Below are positions 36,170 to 48,610 of a DNA stretch of 64,000 nucleotides, one piece after another. Origin of the DNA: Malacoraja senta (Eukaryota); contig CM075989.1 of the NCBI GenBank assembly GCA_038087875.1, forward strand, positions 3,844,001 through 3,908,000. The letters are read 5' to 3'. Each line of letters starts with the position of its first letter. Within the stretch, counting starts at the first letter, position 1. Position numbers and translations under genes: made by a program. A model generated the notes under the pieces. The model ran no database searches. It had not been told where the DNA came from and saw only the letters and a list, made by a program, of their open reading frames with translations.

Positions 36170-39100
36170 GATGTCAGTTGGCCTGACATTGGTGGTGGGG
36201 AAGATGCTGGAGTCAATTATAAAAGATGAAATAGCAGCACATTTGGATAGCAGTAACAGGATCGGTCCGAGTCAGCATGGATTTACAAAGGAGAAATCAT
36301 GCTTGTCTAATCTTCTCGAATTTTTGGGGATGTATCTAGGAAAATGGACAAGGGAGAGTCAGTGGATGTTGTGTACCAGGACTTTCAGAAAGTCATTGAT
36401 AAGGTCCCACATAGGAGATTAGTGGGGACAATTGGATGACATGGTATTGGGGGTAAGATACTGACATGGACAGAAAATTGGTTGGCAGACAGGAACAAAG
36501 AGTAGGGATAAACGGGGTCCCTTTCAGAATGGCGGGCAGTGACTAGTGGGGTGCCGCAAGGCTCAGCGCTGGGACCGCAGCTATTTACAATATACATGAA
36601 TGATTTAGATGAAGGGATTAAAAGTAACATTAGCAAATTTGCAGATTGCACAAAGCTGGGTGGCAGTGTAATCTGTGACGAGGATGCTATGAGGATGCAG
36701 GGTGACTTGGACAGGTTGGGTGAGTGGGTGGATGCATGGCAGATGCAGTTGAATGTGGATAAATGTGAGGTTATCCACTTTGGTGGGAAGATTAGGAAGG
36801 CAGATTATTTTCTGAATGATGTTAAATTAGGAAAAGGGGAAGTACAACGAGACCTGGGCGTCCTTGTCCATCAGTCACTGCAAGTACAGCAGGCAGTGAA
36901 GAAATCTAATGGCATGTTGGCCTTCATAACAAGAGGAGATGAGTGTAGGAGCAAACAGGTCCTTCTGCAGTTGTACAGGTCTCTGGTGAGACCACACCTG
37001 GAATATTTTGTGCAGTTTTGTTCTCTAAATTTGAGGAAGGACATTTTTGGTATTGAGGGAGTGCAGCATTGGTTAACGAGGTTAATTCCCGGGATGGCGA
37101 GACTGTAATATGTTGAAAGAATGGAGCGACTGGGCTTGTATACGCTGGAATTTAGAAGGACGAGAGAGGTCCTTATAGAAACATATACGATTATTTATGG
37201 ATTGGACAAGCTAGAGGCAGGAAACATGTTCCCGATGTTGGGGGAGTAAAGAACCAGGGGCCAATATATAAGAATAATGGGTTGGCCATTTAGAACGGAG
37301 ATGAGGGGAAAAAAATTCACCCCAGAAGGCAGTGGAGGCCAATTCTCTGGATTCTTTCAAGAGACAGTTAGATAGAAACATAGAAACAGAGAAAAATAGG
37401 TGCAGGAGTAGGCCATTCGGCCCTTCGAGCCTGCACCGCCATTCAATATGATCATGGCTGATCATCCAACTCAGTATCCTGTACCTGCCTTCTCTCCATA
37501 CCCCCTGATCCCTTTAGCCACAAGGGCCACATCTAACTCCCTCTTAAATATAGCCAATGAACTGGCCTCAACTACCTTCTGTGGCAGAGAATTCCAGAGA
37601 TTCACCACTCTCTGTGTGAAAAATGTTTTTCTCATCTCGGTCCTAAAAGAGTTCCCCCTTATCCTTAAACTTTGACCCCTTGTTCTGGACTTCCCCAACA
37701 TTGGGAACAATCTTCCTGCATCTAGCCTGTCCAACCCTCAAGAATTTTGTAAGTTTCTATAAGATCCCCCCTCAATCTTCTAAATTCTAGCGAGTACAAA
37801 CCGAGCCTATCCAGTCGTTCTTCATATAAAAGTCCTGACATCCCAGGAATCAGTCTGGTGAACCTTCTCTGCACTCCCTCTATGGCAAGAATGTCTTTCC
37901 TCAGATTTGGAGACCAAAACTGTACGCAATACCTTCTGAAAGCCCAGATATAACACATCCACTGGTTCTCCCTTATCCACTCTACTAGTTACATCCTCGA
38001 AAAATTCTATAAGATTCGTCAGACATGATTTACCTTTCATAAATCCATGCTAACTTTGTCCAATGATTTCCAAATGTGCTGCTATCCCATCTTTAATAAC
38101 TGACTCTAGCAGTTTCCCCACTACCGATGTTAGACTAACTGGTCTGTAATTCCCCGTTTTCTCTCTCCCTCGCTTTTTAAAAAGTGGGGTTACATTAGCT
38201 ACCCTCCAATCCTCAGGAACTACTCCAGAATCTAAAGAGTTTTGAAAAATGATCACTAATGCAACCACTATTTCTGGGGCTACTTCCTTAAGTACTCTGG
38301 GATGCCGCCTGTCTGGCCCTGGGGATTTATCGGCCTTTAATCCATTCAATTTACCTAACACCACTTCCCGGCTAACCTGGATTTCACTCAGTTCCTCCAT
38401 CTCATTTGACCCCCGGTCCACTGCTATTTCCGGCAGATTATTTATGTCTTCCTTAGTAAAGACAGAACCAAAGTAGTTATTCAATTGGTCTGCCATGTCC
38501 TTGTTCCCCATGATCAATTCATCTGTTTCTGACTGCAAGGGACCTACATTTGTTTTAACTAATCTTTTTCTCTTCACGTATCTATAAAAACTTTTGCAGT
38601 CAGTTTTTATGTTCCCTGCCAGTTTTCTTTCATAATCTATTTTCCCTTTCCTAATTAAGCCCTTTGTCCTCCTCTGCTGGACTGAATTTCTCCCAGTCCT
38701 CTGGTAGGCTGCTTTTTCTGGCTAATTTGTATGCTTCATCTTTTGTTTTGATACTATCCCTGATTTCCCTTGTTATCCACGGATGCACTACCTTCCCTGA
38801 TTTATTCTTTTACCAAACTGGGATGAACAATTGTTGTAGTCCATCCATGCAGTCTTTAAATGCCTTCCATTGCCTATCCACCGTAAACCCTTTAAGAATC
38901 AATTGCCAGTCTATCTTGGCCAATTCACGTCTCATACCCTCAAAGTTACCTTTCTTTAAGTTCAGAACCCTTGTTTCTGAATTAATTATGTCACTCTCCA
39001 TCCTAATGAAGAACTCAACCATATTATGGTCACTCTTGCCCAAGGGGCCACGCACAACAAGACTGCTAACTAACCCTTCCTCATTACTCAATACCCATTC

Positions 39101-40642
39101 TAGAATAGCATGCTCTCTCATTGGTTCTTCTACATGTTGGTTTAGAAAACTATCCCGCATACATTCCAAGAAATCCTCTTCCTCAGCACCCCTGCCAATT
39201 TGATTCACCCAATCTATATGTAGATTGAAGTCACCCATTATAACTGTTTTACCTTTGTTGCATGCATTTCTAATTTCCTGTTTGATGTCATCCCCAACTC
39301 CACTACTACTGTTAGGTGGCCTGTACACAACTCCCACAAGCGTTTTCTGCCCCTTAGTGTTTCGCAGCTCTACCCATATCGATTCCACATCCGGCAAGCT
39401 AATGTCCTTCCTTTTTATTGCGTTAATCTCTCTAACCAGCAACGCTACCCCACCTCCTTTTCCTTTCTGTCTATCCCTCCTGAATATTGAATATCCCTGG
39501 ATGTTCAGCTCCCAGCCTTGGTCACCCTGGAGCTATGTCTCCATGATCCCAACTATATCATATTCATTAATAACTATCTGCACATTCAACTCATCCACCT
39601 TATTACAAATGCTCCTTGCATTGAGACACAAAGCCTTCAGGCTTGTTTTTACAACACTCTTACCTCTTATACAATTATGTTGAAAAATGGCCCTTTTTGA
39701 TTTTTGCCCTGGATTTGTCTGCCTGCCACTTTTACTTTTCACCTTGCTACCCATTGCTTCTACCCTCATTTTACACCCCTTTGTCTCTCTGCTCCCACAT
39801 TTAAGAAACCCACCACCTCTTATTCTCTGTTTATTATCTTTTTCTTCTTTCTCCCCTACATGTTGGGTCTGTGCTTCCCTTCTCTGCCTCCTGCCTCACA
39901 CACTGTCTACTAGCTTTCTCTATTTGAGACCCTCCCCCCAACCGTTCTAGTTTAAAGTCTTCCCAGTAGCCTTTGCAAATCTCCCCGCCAGGATATTGGT
40001 CCCCCTCGGGTTCAAGTGCAACCCATCCTTTCTGTACAGGTCACACCTTCCCCAAAAGAGGTCCCAATGATCCAGAAACTTGAATCCCTGCCCACTGCAC
40101 CAGTCCTTCAGCCACGCATTTATCCTCCACCTCACTCCATTCCTACTCTCACTGTCGCGTGGCACAGGCAGTAATCCTGAGATTGTTACCTTTGCGGTCC
40201 TTCTCCTTAACCCTCCTCCTAACTCTCTAAATTCTCCTTTCAGGACCTCTTTTTCTACCCATGCCATTTGTACCTATATGTACCACGACCTCAGGCTCCT
40301 CTCCCTCCCATTTCAGGATATCTTGGACACGTTCAGACACATCCCAGACCCTGGCACCAGGGAAGGCAAACTACCATCCGGGTCTCTTGACTGCGTCCAC
40401 AGAATCGCCTATCTGACCCCCCAACTATAGAGTCCCATATTACTATTGCCCTCCTCTTCTTTTCCTACCCTTCTGAGCAACAGGGCCGGCTCTGAGCAAT
40501 AGAGCTCTTAAAGGTAGCAGAGTCAAGGGATATGGGAACGGGGTACTGATTGCGGATGATCAGCCATGATCACAGTGAATGCCAGTGCTGGCTCGAAGGG
40601 CCGAATGGCCGAATGGCCTACTCCTGCACCTATTGTCTATTG
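36170..40642 (+). mobile_element. CR1 RT/3' fragment (36170-37376 plus 40504-40642) split by a nested CR1
   Basis: SGVPQGSALGP, ISKFAD(C)TK, LVRPHLEY; sequence resumes after the ATAGA TSD. Confidence 0.85.
37377..40498 (-). mobile_element. CR1 with SGNH-esterase ORF1, EN and internally deleted RT
   Basis: DGLHLNPRG esterase motif (39947-40267); CLNARS, YRPP, MGDFN, SDHN; NYRPVSLTS; RT core missing at ~37933; (CTATGTTT)n tail. Confidence 0.9.
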
Positions 40643-40862
40643 CCTTCTCCCCATAACCCCTGACACCCTTACTAATCATGAATCTATAAATCTCTGCCAT
40701 CAATATCAATTGATGGTCTCTGTTTAGGAGGATCTGATATCAGACTCAAAAATGAACAATCACTTGGCTCCATTTCAATCAGTTGAAAAATGGATCTCTT
40801 CCACTGGAAGGTTACAGTACGGTAGGAACAGTACAAGAATAAACTAAGATTGCTGAAAGTGA

Positions 40863-41155
40863 GGTGGCTCAGCGGTAGAGTTGCTGTCTTACAGTGCCAG
40901 AGACCTGGGTTGAATCCTGACGACCGGCGCTGTCTGTCCGGAATTTATACGTTCGCCCCGTGATCGTGTGGGTTTGCTCCAGGTGCTCCAGTTTCCTCCC
41001 ACACTCCAAAGATATGCAGGTTTGTAGGTTAATTGGCTTCTGTAAATTGCAAATTGTCCCCAATGTGTGTATAGTGCAAGTGTACGGGGATCACTGGTCA
41101 GCCTGGACTCAGTGGGCTGAAGGACCTGTTTCCGCATTGTATTGCGAAAGTCTAA
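40863..41155 (+). mobile_element. V-SINE
   Basis: tRNA head, V-domain and CR1-like tail. Confidence 0.8.
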
Positions 41156-42504
41156 AATTTGAAATATAGCTGTGTGTTTTCTTGTCACCACTTGACTAAA
41201 TCAAATGTGATGTATTCTGACATGTAATTGAGTCTGGACGACAAACAACATTTAAATATAAAGGTAGACACAAAAACCTGGAGAAACCCAGCGGGTCAGG
41301 CAGCATCTCTGGAGAAAAGGGAATAGTCGCAACCCGTCTTTACACCGAAGATGGACATAAAATGCCGGAGTGACTAAGCGGGTCGGCAGTATCTCTGGAG
41401 AACAAGAATAGGTGATGTTTTGGTTTGGGTTAGAACCCTTCAGACTTGTTCAGTCCTGAAACGTCACCCATCCTTTTTATCCAGTAATGCTGCCTGACCC
41501 GCTGAGCTACTCCAACATACCCCAACTACGTCCAGAGCTACTCCAACATTTTGTTGCTACCTTCGGTGTAAACCAGCATCTGCAGTCCCTTCCTACTCAA
41601 CATGTACGGTATGATACAATTACATGTTATTCATCGCCGGAGGGAAATTGTTCTGCCAACAGTCACAACAAGCAAGGTACACAAGAACTTGAAATTAAAA
41701 GTGCAAAAAAAAGAAAAGTACAAGGGACTGTTGGCTGGCTGCCGTGTGCACAACGCCTTCACCGGAACGAACAACAAACAAACAAACGCAGGCTTATTCC
41801 CTGGGCAGAGGATTCTAAAACTAAAGCCCCCCCCCCCCCCCCGCACCGGGTCCCCCTTTGTAAACATGATTTGGAAGCAGGAATAGTCCACTTAACCAGA
41901 GGGATAGGTTGGAACAGGAATATGGAACAACAGATACGGTAGGTTCTACTGGTTCAAGGAGCAAGACCTTGCAACACACAGAGCAGTGTCACACGCAATG
42001 GTGGAATGGTAAATTGTGACTGTAGATGCAAACGTTTTAGCGGAATGATCAGAGAAACAGATCTTCCACCAGAATGACCTGTGATGTCCAACAGGTCATT
42101 TGCTGATTTGGGATGCCATGTAATGGTTGTCCATTTCAGGGTGAGAATGGGACACACCTGCATTACTCACCTGTAACATTCAAATGTATTTAGCTACAGC
42201 ACAGTGTTCTGCTCTGACTTGGCTTTTGGTCGGCAAATACATACGTGTTCACGGATTGCGAACTGCTGTGGAAAATAGGGTTAGGAAGGAACTGCAGATG
42301 CTGGTTTACACCGAAAATGGACACAAAATGCTGGAGTAAGCGGGACAGGCAGCATCTTGAGTTCTGCATGGGTGGAGGAGGCAGCCTCGATGCTGTCGTC
42401 AATGTGGAGAAAGAGTTGGGGATGGTGCCAGTGTACGCCTGGTTCAAGGACTATTTGACAAAACAGGCACAGCTGTAATCCATGCGAATGCGAGTACCAA
42501 TAGA

Positions 42505-42765
42505 CTTAAGAGAGACAGCGTGGAAACAGGCCCATCAGTCCACCGAGGCCACGCCGACCAGTGATCACGCCGTACACTAGCGCTATCCTCCACACTCTGG
42601 ACAATTCACATTTTGCAGAAGCCAATGAACCTACAAAGCTGCACGTGTGGGAGGAAACCAGAGCATGCGGGGAAAACCTACCCAGGTCACAGGGAGAACG
42701 TACAAACGGGTCTCTGTCGCTGTCAGGCAGTAACTCTACCGCTACCTCACTGTGCCGCCGTGCCA
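42505..42765 (-). mobile_element. V-SINE
   Basis: Reverse-complement tail, V-domain and head. Confidence 0.75.
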
Positions 42766-44354
42766 AACATAAGACTTGAAGAAAGTGAGAGGAGTCAACA
42801 GAGAGGTTGTTAAGGGCGAGGACAGATTACGGAAGGTTGAGGAGAGTGTAGAGGTGAAACGATTTAGTTTCTGTTCAAGGAAGACCGGGGAACGGTGGAA
42901 TATATTGATCGTCCATGCTGAGGTAATGGGGACCTAGGAATTGAAAGTTGTCGAAGTGTTGAAGAGCTTGTGGGGTGTCTCAGATGTAAGTCGGAAGGAA
43001 CTGGACAAGTGGGGACAAGGTAGTTTAATTTAATTTAGTTCAGATACACAGTACGGAAACTGGCCATTCGGCCCACCGAGTCCATGCCGAACCAGCGAGC
43101 ACCACACACAATTTAGAATGTTACCAGGCCAATTAACCTCCAAACCTGAACGTCTTTGGAGGGTAGAGGGAAACCGGAGCACCCGGAGGAAACCCACGCA
43201 GGTCACGGGGAGAACGCACAATCCGTATGCAAAACAAGTAATGATGGAAGGGTAAGGTGTGAAATGGAGGCGTTAAAGAGGACGGATATCAAGGAAACAA
43301 GTTGTATGGGAGTAGGGAAGTGTAACATTGGAGTCTGCGCTAGAGTCTGTGGCGTCATGGCCAATGCGTAGTTGTGAGAGCTGGCTCCTGGACTCAGCAC
43401 GGTAGGATGAAGTGGTTTAGCGGTGAAGCTAGTTTACAGCAGCATCACCCTAAATCGAGATTGTTAAAACAACTCTCATTCTTCATCGGAGATCAGGCGA
43501 ACACTGCAACAAAAGCAAGTGTGTATGTGTAGCCCGCAACAAAACATGGGTTAGACACAAAAAGCTGGAGTATCTCAGCGGGCCAGGCAACATCTCTGGA
43601 GAAAATGAACAGCTCGAGACACTTCTTCAGACAAAACATGGGCTTCAGTTTAAAGCAAATCAAACACAGTCAAATGGGCCAGGAATGGAATATTGGATTT
43701 GGAATATGGACTATTGTGTGAAACCTGGGGAGTAGAAATGTGTGTGTATGAAGGATACAAAATATATGTGTTTAGATAATATCGAGTATGAAAAAATAAA
43801 CTCTCGGCGTTTGTTCAAGATAAAAAGAAAATTAAATGTTGCTATTCGCTGCCGAAACTGTAACTAGAAAGCATGCCTTGATACAACACCGAGATGGTGG
43901 AGAATTTGGAAGTGTTTTCAATTTACATACCTTGGGTATCAGTGACTTCGATGTAATCTGAATGTCAGAAAGATGTGACTGCGTTGGGACTTGAACCCGC
44001 GACTGCAGTACCTTCACCCGCTGCTGAATCACCAGTGAAACAATCTCCTTCACTGGAGCCTGGGACTCTGCGACCGATTCCAGTCCCCACAAGAAAACAA
44101 AACGCCGGCCCCCTCACACCTTGCTCACCTGCCCGCGAGTAACACAGGAAAATACTTCCGGACAAATACAACACCGAAGTACCCGCCCCCAAACTGTATC
44201 TAAAAATAACCGCAAGTATGAAAGTTCATTTGGTAAATACAATCGCGATGGAAGTTTCCTTTCCAATGTTGCTGAGATTTCAATCACGGGAAAGTGATCA
44301 ACGATTCTCAGTTGATGGGGACAAAGTCTAAGAAGAGCTTTGGTTATGTAATGT

Positions 44355-44442
44355 CGAAGGGTTTCGGCCCGAAACGTTACCTATTTCCTTCGCTCGATAG
44401 ATGCTGCTGCACCCGCTGAATTTCTCCAGCATTTTTGTGTAC
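44355..44442 (+). mobile_element. 88-bp 5'-truncated Penelope-derived insert with 17-bp TSD
   Basis: CTTTGGTTATGTAATGT at 44338-44354 and 44443-44459; empty site at ~9297-9320. Confidence 0.85.
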
Positions 44443-45564
44443 CTTTGGTTATGTAATGTTTGCTTTGTTGCGTTTATTTTTCATTCCGAGCTGCATAACA
44501 TGTTTGTTTGGCAATATTTTCTCTAATCTGAATGGATATTTTTAAGGTGGAGAATGGCAGATTCTTGATTATTACGAGTGTCAGGGGATTTGTGGAGAAG
44601 GCAGGTGAAAGGGGCTGTGAGGGGAAAATAGATGAATGGCATTCAATGGCCGAAAGGCTGAATTCTGCTCCCATAACTTATGAACTGATTAGCACCCTTT
44701 TCTATTGTTAAATTGTGGTTAGTTTTCTGCCTGATCTATAGTTTAGCTCCCTGGTCAGTCAATGTATGCTGCATTCTGACAAACACCTTTCGCAGTTTAT
44801 TCAATGGTTGCAACTCTTGTCATCTAAACTGTCCTTCCCCCTCTACTCATTGCAAATCAGTGGTGCAGCAGGTAGGGTTGCTGTTGCATAGCAGCGGAAA
44901 CCAGGTGAGCCCCTAAACTCTGGTACTATCAGTGTGGAGTTTGCACATTGGCCCTGTGACCATATGAGTTTTGTCCGGTTGCTCCGGTTTCCTCACACAT
45001 GCCAAAGATGTGTGGGTTTGCAGGTTATTTGGCCTCTAAGTTGCCTCAAATGTGTCGGGAGTTGATGAGAAAGTGGGATAACATAGAACAGGTGAACAGG
45101 TGATCGATGGTCAGCATGGACTAGGTGGGTCGAAGGGCCTGTTTCAATGCTGAATTTTTAAACATAAAATCACTGAAGTTCCATAAGACTTTCAGGGATA
45201 AAGATTTCACATTGCTATTTTGGGGGAAATTGATTGCATCTGATTTACAGGAAATCCACTTTGTGTTCAATTCACATGAGAGCAGCTCTTACATAACCTG
45301 GGGAACCCCTGTATACAGTACAGCACGGTGGTGCAACAATAGAGCTGCTGCCTTACAGTGCCAGGGACCCGGGTTCAATCCTGTCTGTGGGTGCTTTCTT
45401 TACGGAGTTTGTATGTTCTCCCTGTGACCGGTGTGTCCATAGTGTGTGCAGGCTAGTGTTCGTGTGCGGTGATCGCTGGCCGGAGTGGACTCGGTGGGTT
45501 GAAGGGCCTGTTTCCGCGTGGTATCTCAAAACTAAACTAAACGAAACAAGTAAATGGCATGAAT

Positions 45565-47695
45565 CATATAACCATATAACCATTACAGCACGGAAACAGG
45601 CCATCTCGGCCCTTCAAGTCCGTGCCGAACACTTTTTTTTTCTCCTTTCCCCTTCTACCTGCAGTCAGACCATATCCATCCATTCCTTTCCCGTCCATAT
45701 ACCCATCCAATCTATTTTTAAAGGATAAAATCGAACCTGCCTCCACCACTTCCACTGGAAGCTCATTCCACACAGCTACCACTCTCTGAGTAAAGAAGTT
45801 CCCCCTAATGTTACCCCTAAACTTCTGTCCCTTAATTCTCAAGTCATGTCCCCTTGTTTGAATCTTCCCTACTCTCAATGGGAAAAGCTTATCCACGTCA
45901 ACTCTGTCTAACCCGCTCATCATTTTAAAGACCTTTATCAAGTCCCCCCTTAACCTTCTGCGCTCCAAAGAATAAAGACTTAACGTGTTCAAACTTTCTC
46001 TGTAACTTAGTTGCTGAAACCCAGGCAACATTCTAGTAAATCTCCTCTGTACTCTCTCTATTTTGATGACATCCTTCCTATAATTAGGCGACCAAGATAG
46101 TACTCCATACTCCAGAATTGGCCTCACCAATGCCTTGTACAATTTTAACATTACATCCTAACTTCTATATTCAATGCTCTGATTTATAAAGACCAGCACA
46201 CCAAAACTTTCTTTACCACCCTATCTACATGAGATTCCACCTTCAGGGAACTATGCACAGTTATTCGTAGATCCCTCTGTTCAACTGCATTCCTCAATTC
46301 GCTACCATTTACCATGTACGTCCTATTTTGATTTGTCCTGCCGAGATGTAGCACCTCACATTTATCAGCATTAAATTCCATCTGCCATCTTTCAGCCCAC
46401 TCTTCCAAATGGCCTAAATCTCTCTGTAGACTTTGAAAATCTACTTCATTATCCACAACACCACCCATCTTAGTATCATCTGCATACTTACTAATCCAAT
46501 TTTCCACACCATCATCCAGATCATTGATGTACATGACAAACAACAGTGGACCCAACACAGACCCCTGAGGCACCCCACTAGTCACCGGCCTCCAACCTGA
46601 CAAACAGCCATCCACCATTACTCTCTGGCATCTCCCATTCAGCGACTGTTAAATCCATCTTGCTACTCCACCATTAATACCCAACAATTGAATCTTCTTA
46701 ACCAACCTTCCATGAGGAACCTTGTCAAAGGCCTTACTGAAGTCCATATAGACAACATCCACTGCTTTACCCTCATCAATTTCCCTAGTAACCTCTTCGA
46801 AAAATTCAAGAAGATTAGTCAAACATGACCTTCCAGGCACAAATCCATGTTCCTAATCAGATCCTGCTTACCCAGATGCTTATATATATTATCTCTAAGT
46901 ATCCTTTCCATTAATTTGCCCACCACTGACGTCAAACTAACAGGTCTATAATTGCTAGGTTTACTCTTAGATCCCTTTTTAAACAACGGAACAACATGCG
47001 CAGTACGCCAATCCTCCGGCACTATTCCCGTTTCTAATGACATTTGAAATATTTCTGTCATAGCCCCTGCTATTTCTACACTAACTTCCCTCAATGTCCT
47101 AGGGAATATCCTGTCAGGACCTGGAGACTTATCCGTTTTCATATTTTTCAAAAGTGTCTGCACCTCCTCTTCTTTAAATCTCATAGTTTCCATTGCAACT
47201 CTGCTTGTTTCCCTTACCTCACATAATTCCATATCCTTCTCCTTGGCGAATACCGAAGAAAAGAAATTGTTCAATATCTCCCCCTTGTTATCCTTTTGCT
47301 ATTAATATAGCTGTAGAAACCCTTTGGATTTACTTTCACCTTACCTGCCAAAGCAACCTCATATCTTCTTTTAGCTTTTCTAATTTCTTTCTTAATATTC
47401 TTTTTACATTCTTCATACTCCTCAAGCACCTCATTTACTCCATGCTGCCTATAAGTATTGTAGATCTCTCTCTTTTTCCGAACCAAGTGTCCAATTTCCC
47501 TTGAAAACCATGGTAAAAATTGGATTTTTTAAAACTATTTCCTTTCAACCGAACAGGGACATAAAGATTCTGTACTCTTAAAATTTCCCCTTTAAATGTC
47601 CTCCTCTTCTACATCCTTCCCATAAAACAACATGTCCCAATTCACTCCTTTTAAATCCTTTCGCATCTCCTCAAAGTTAGCCTTTCTCCAATCGA
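45565..47695 (-). mobile_element. 5'-truncated CR1 (ORF2 RT region)
   Basis: NYRPVSLTS, DFSKAFDKVPH, SGVPQGSVLGP, KYADD; GGTTATAT tail. Confidence 0.92.
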
Positions 47696-48610
47696 CCTTG
47701 GGGGGCACTGTGATACAGAGAGATCTTGGATTGCAAATCCATTGCATCCTGAATGTAAGAACACAAGTGGGGAGGGCAGTGAGGACGGCATAAGGGCATT
47801 GAGTACAGAAAGTTCCAATTCATTTTGTATATCACTTTGCCTTGGCCACATTTAGATTATTGTGTGCATTTCTGGTCACCACATCACATAAATGTTCTGG
47901 AGGAGAGTGAAGAGTGAAGAGTGCGCTGTGATACGGTTTTCTCCAGGTGCTCCGGTTTCCTCCAATCCTCCAAATACAGGCTTATAGATTAATTCGATTT
48001 TGCAAAAAAAATGCATATTGTCCCAAATGTGCAGGTTAATGCTAATGTGTGGGGTCTGGGAAGGGTTCTTACCAGAAACGTCACCTAATATATTTCCCCA
48101 GTGATGCTGCCTGACCCGCTGAGTTACTCCAGCATTTTGTGCCTCTCTAGTGTATGGAGTGATCGCTGGTCGGCACGGACTCAGTGGGCCGAAGGGTCAG
48201 TTTCCACATTGTATCTCTAAAGTGTAAAGGAGGCTCACTGTGGTATTGTATGACAATAATGGGGTACAGGAACGAAGGCAAACATGCTGACAGATTAAGA
48301 GTGAGAGTTGGCATGATTGACTGGAAGAGAGAATAGTGCAGTAAAGGTCCACTCTGTCAGTGAATCCCAAAGGTTTGTGCCCAGATAACCAAAGGTAACT
48401 TAATTGTGAATAACTGTCAGTAAATTTAAGGCTTCAGGAAAATGAGGTTCAGCTATTTACACTTTTCATCTGCAAATCAATGCACCTTTCTGGCTTTTAT
48501 TAGCACATGTTGAATCCATGTTTTGTGGAAAGGAGAGTCCATGGATCAAAGGCTTGAAAAACTTTATTTGATTAATTTGAAAGAACAAAATCTACCAAGG
48601 GGAAAAAATC

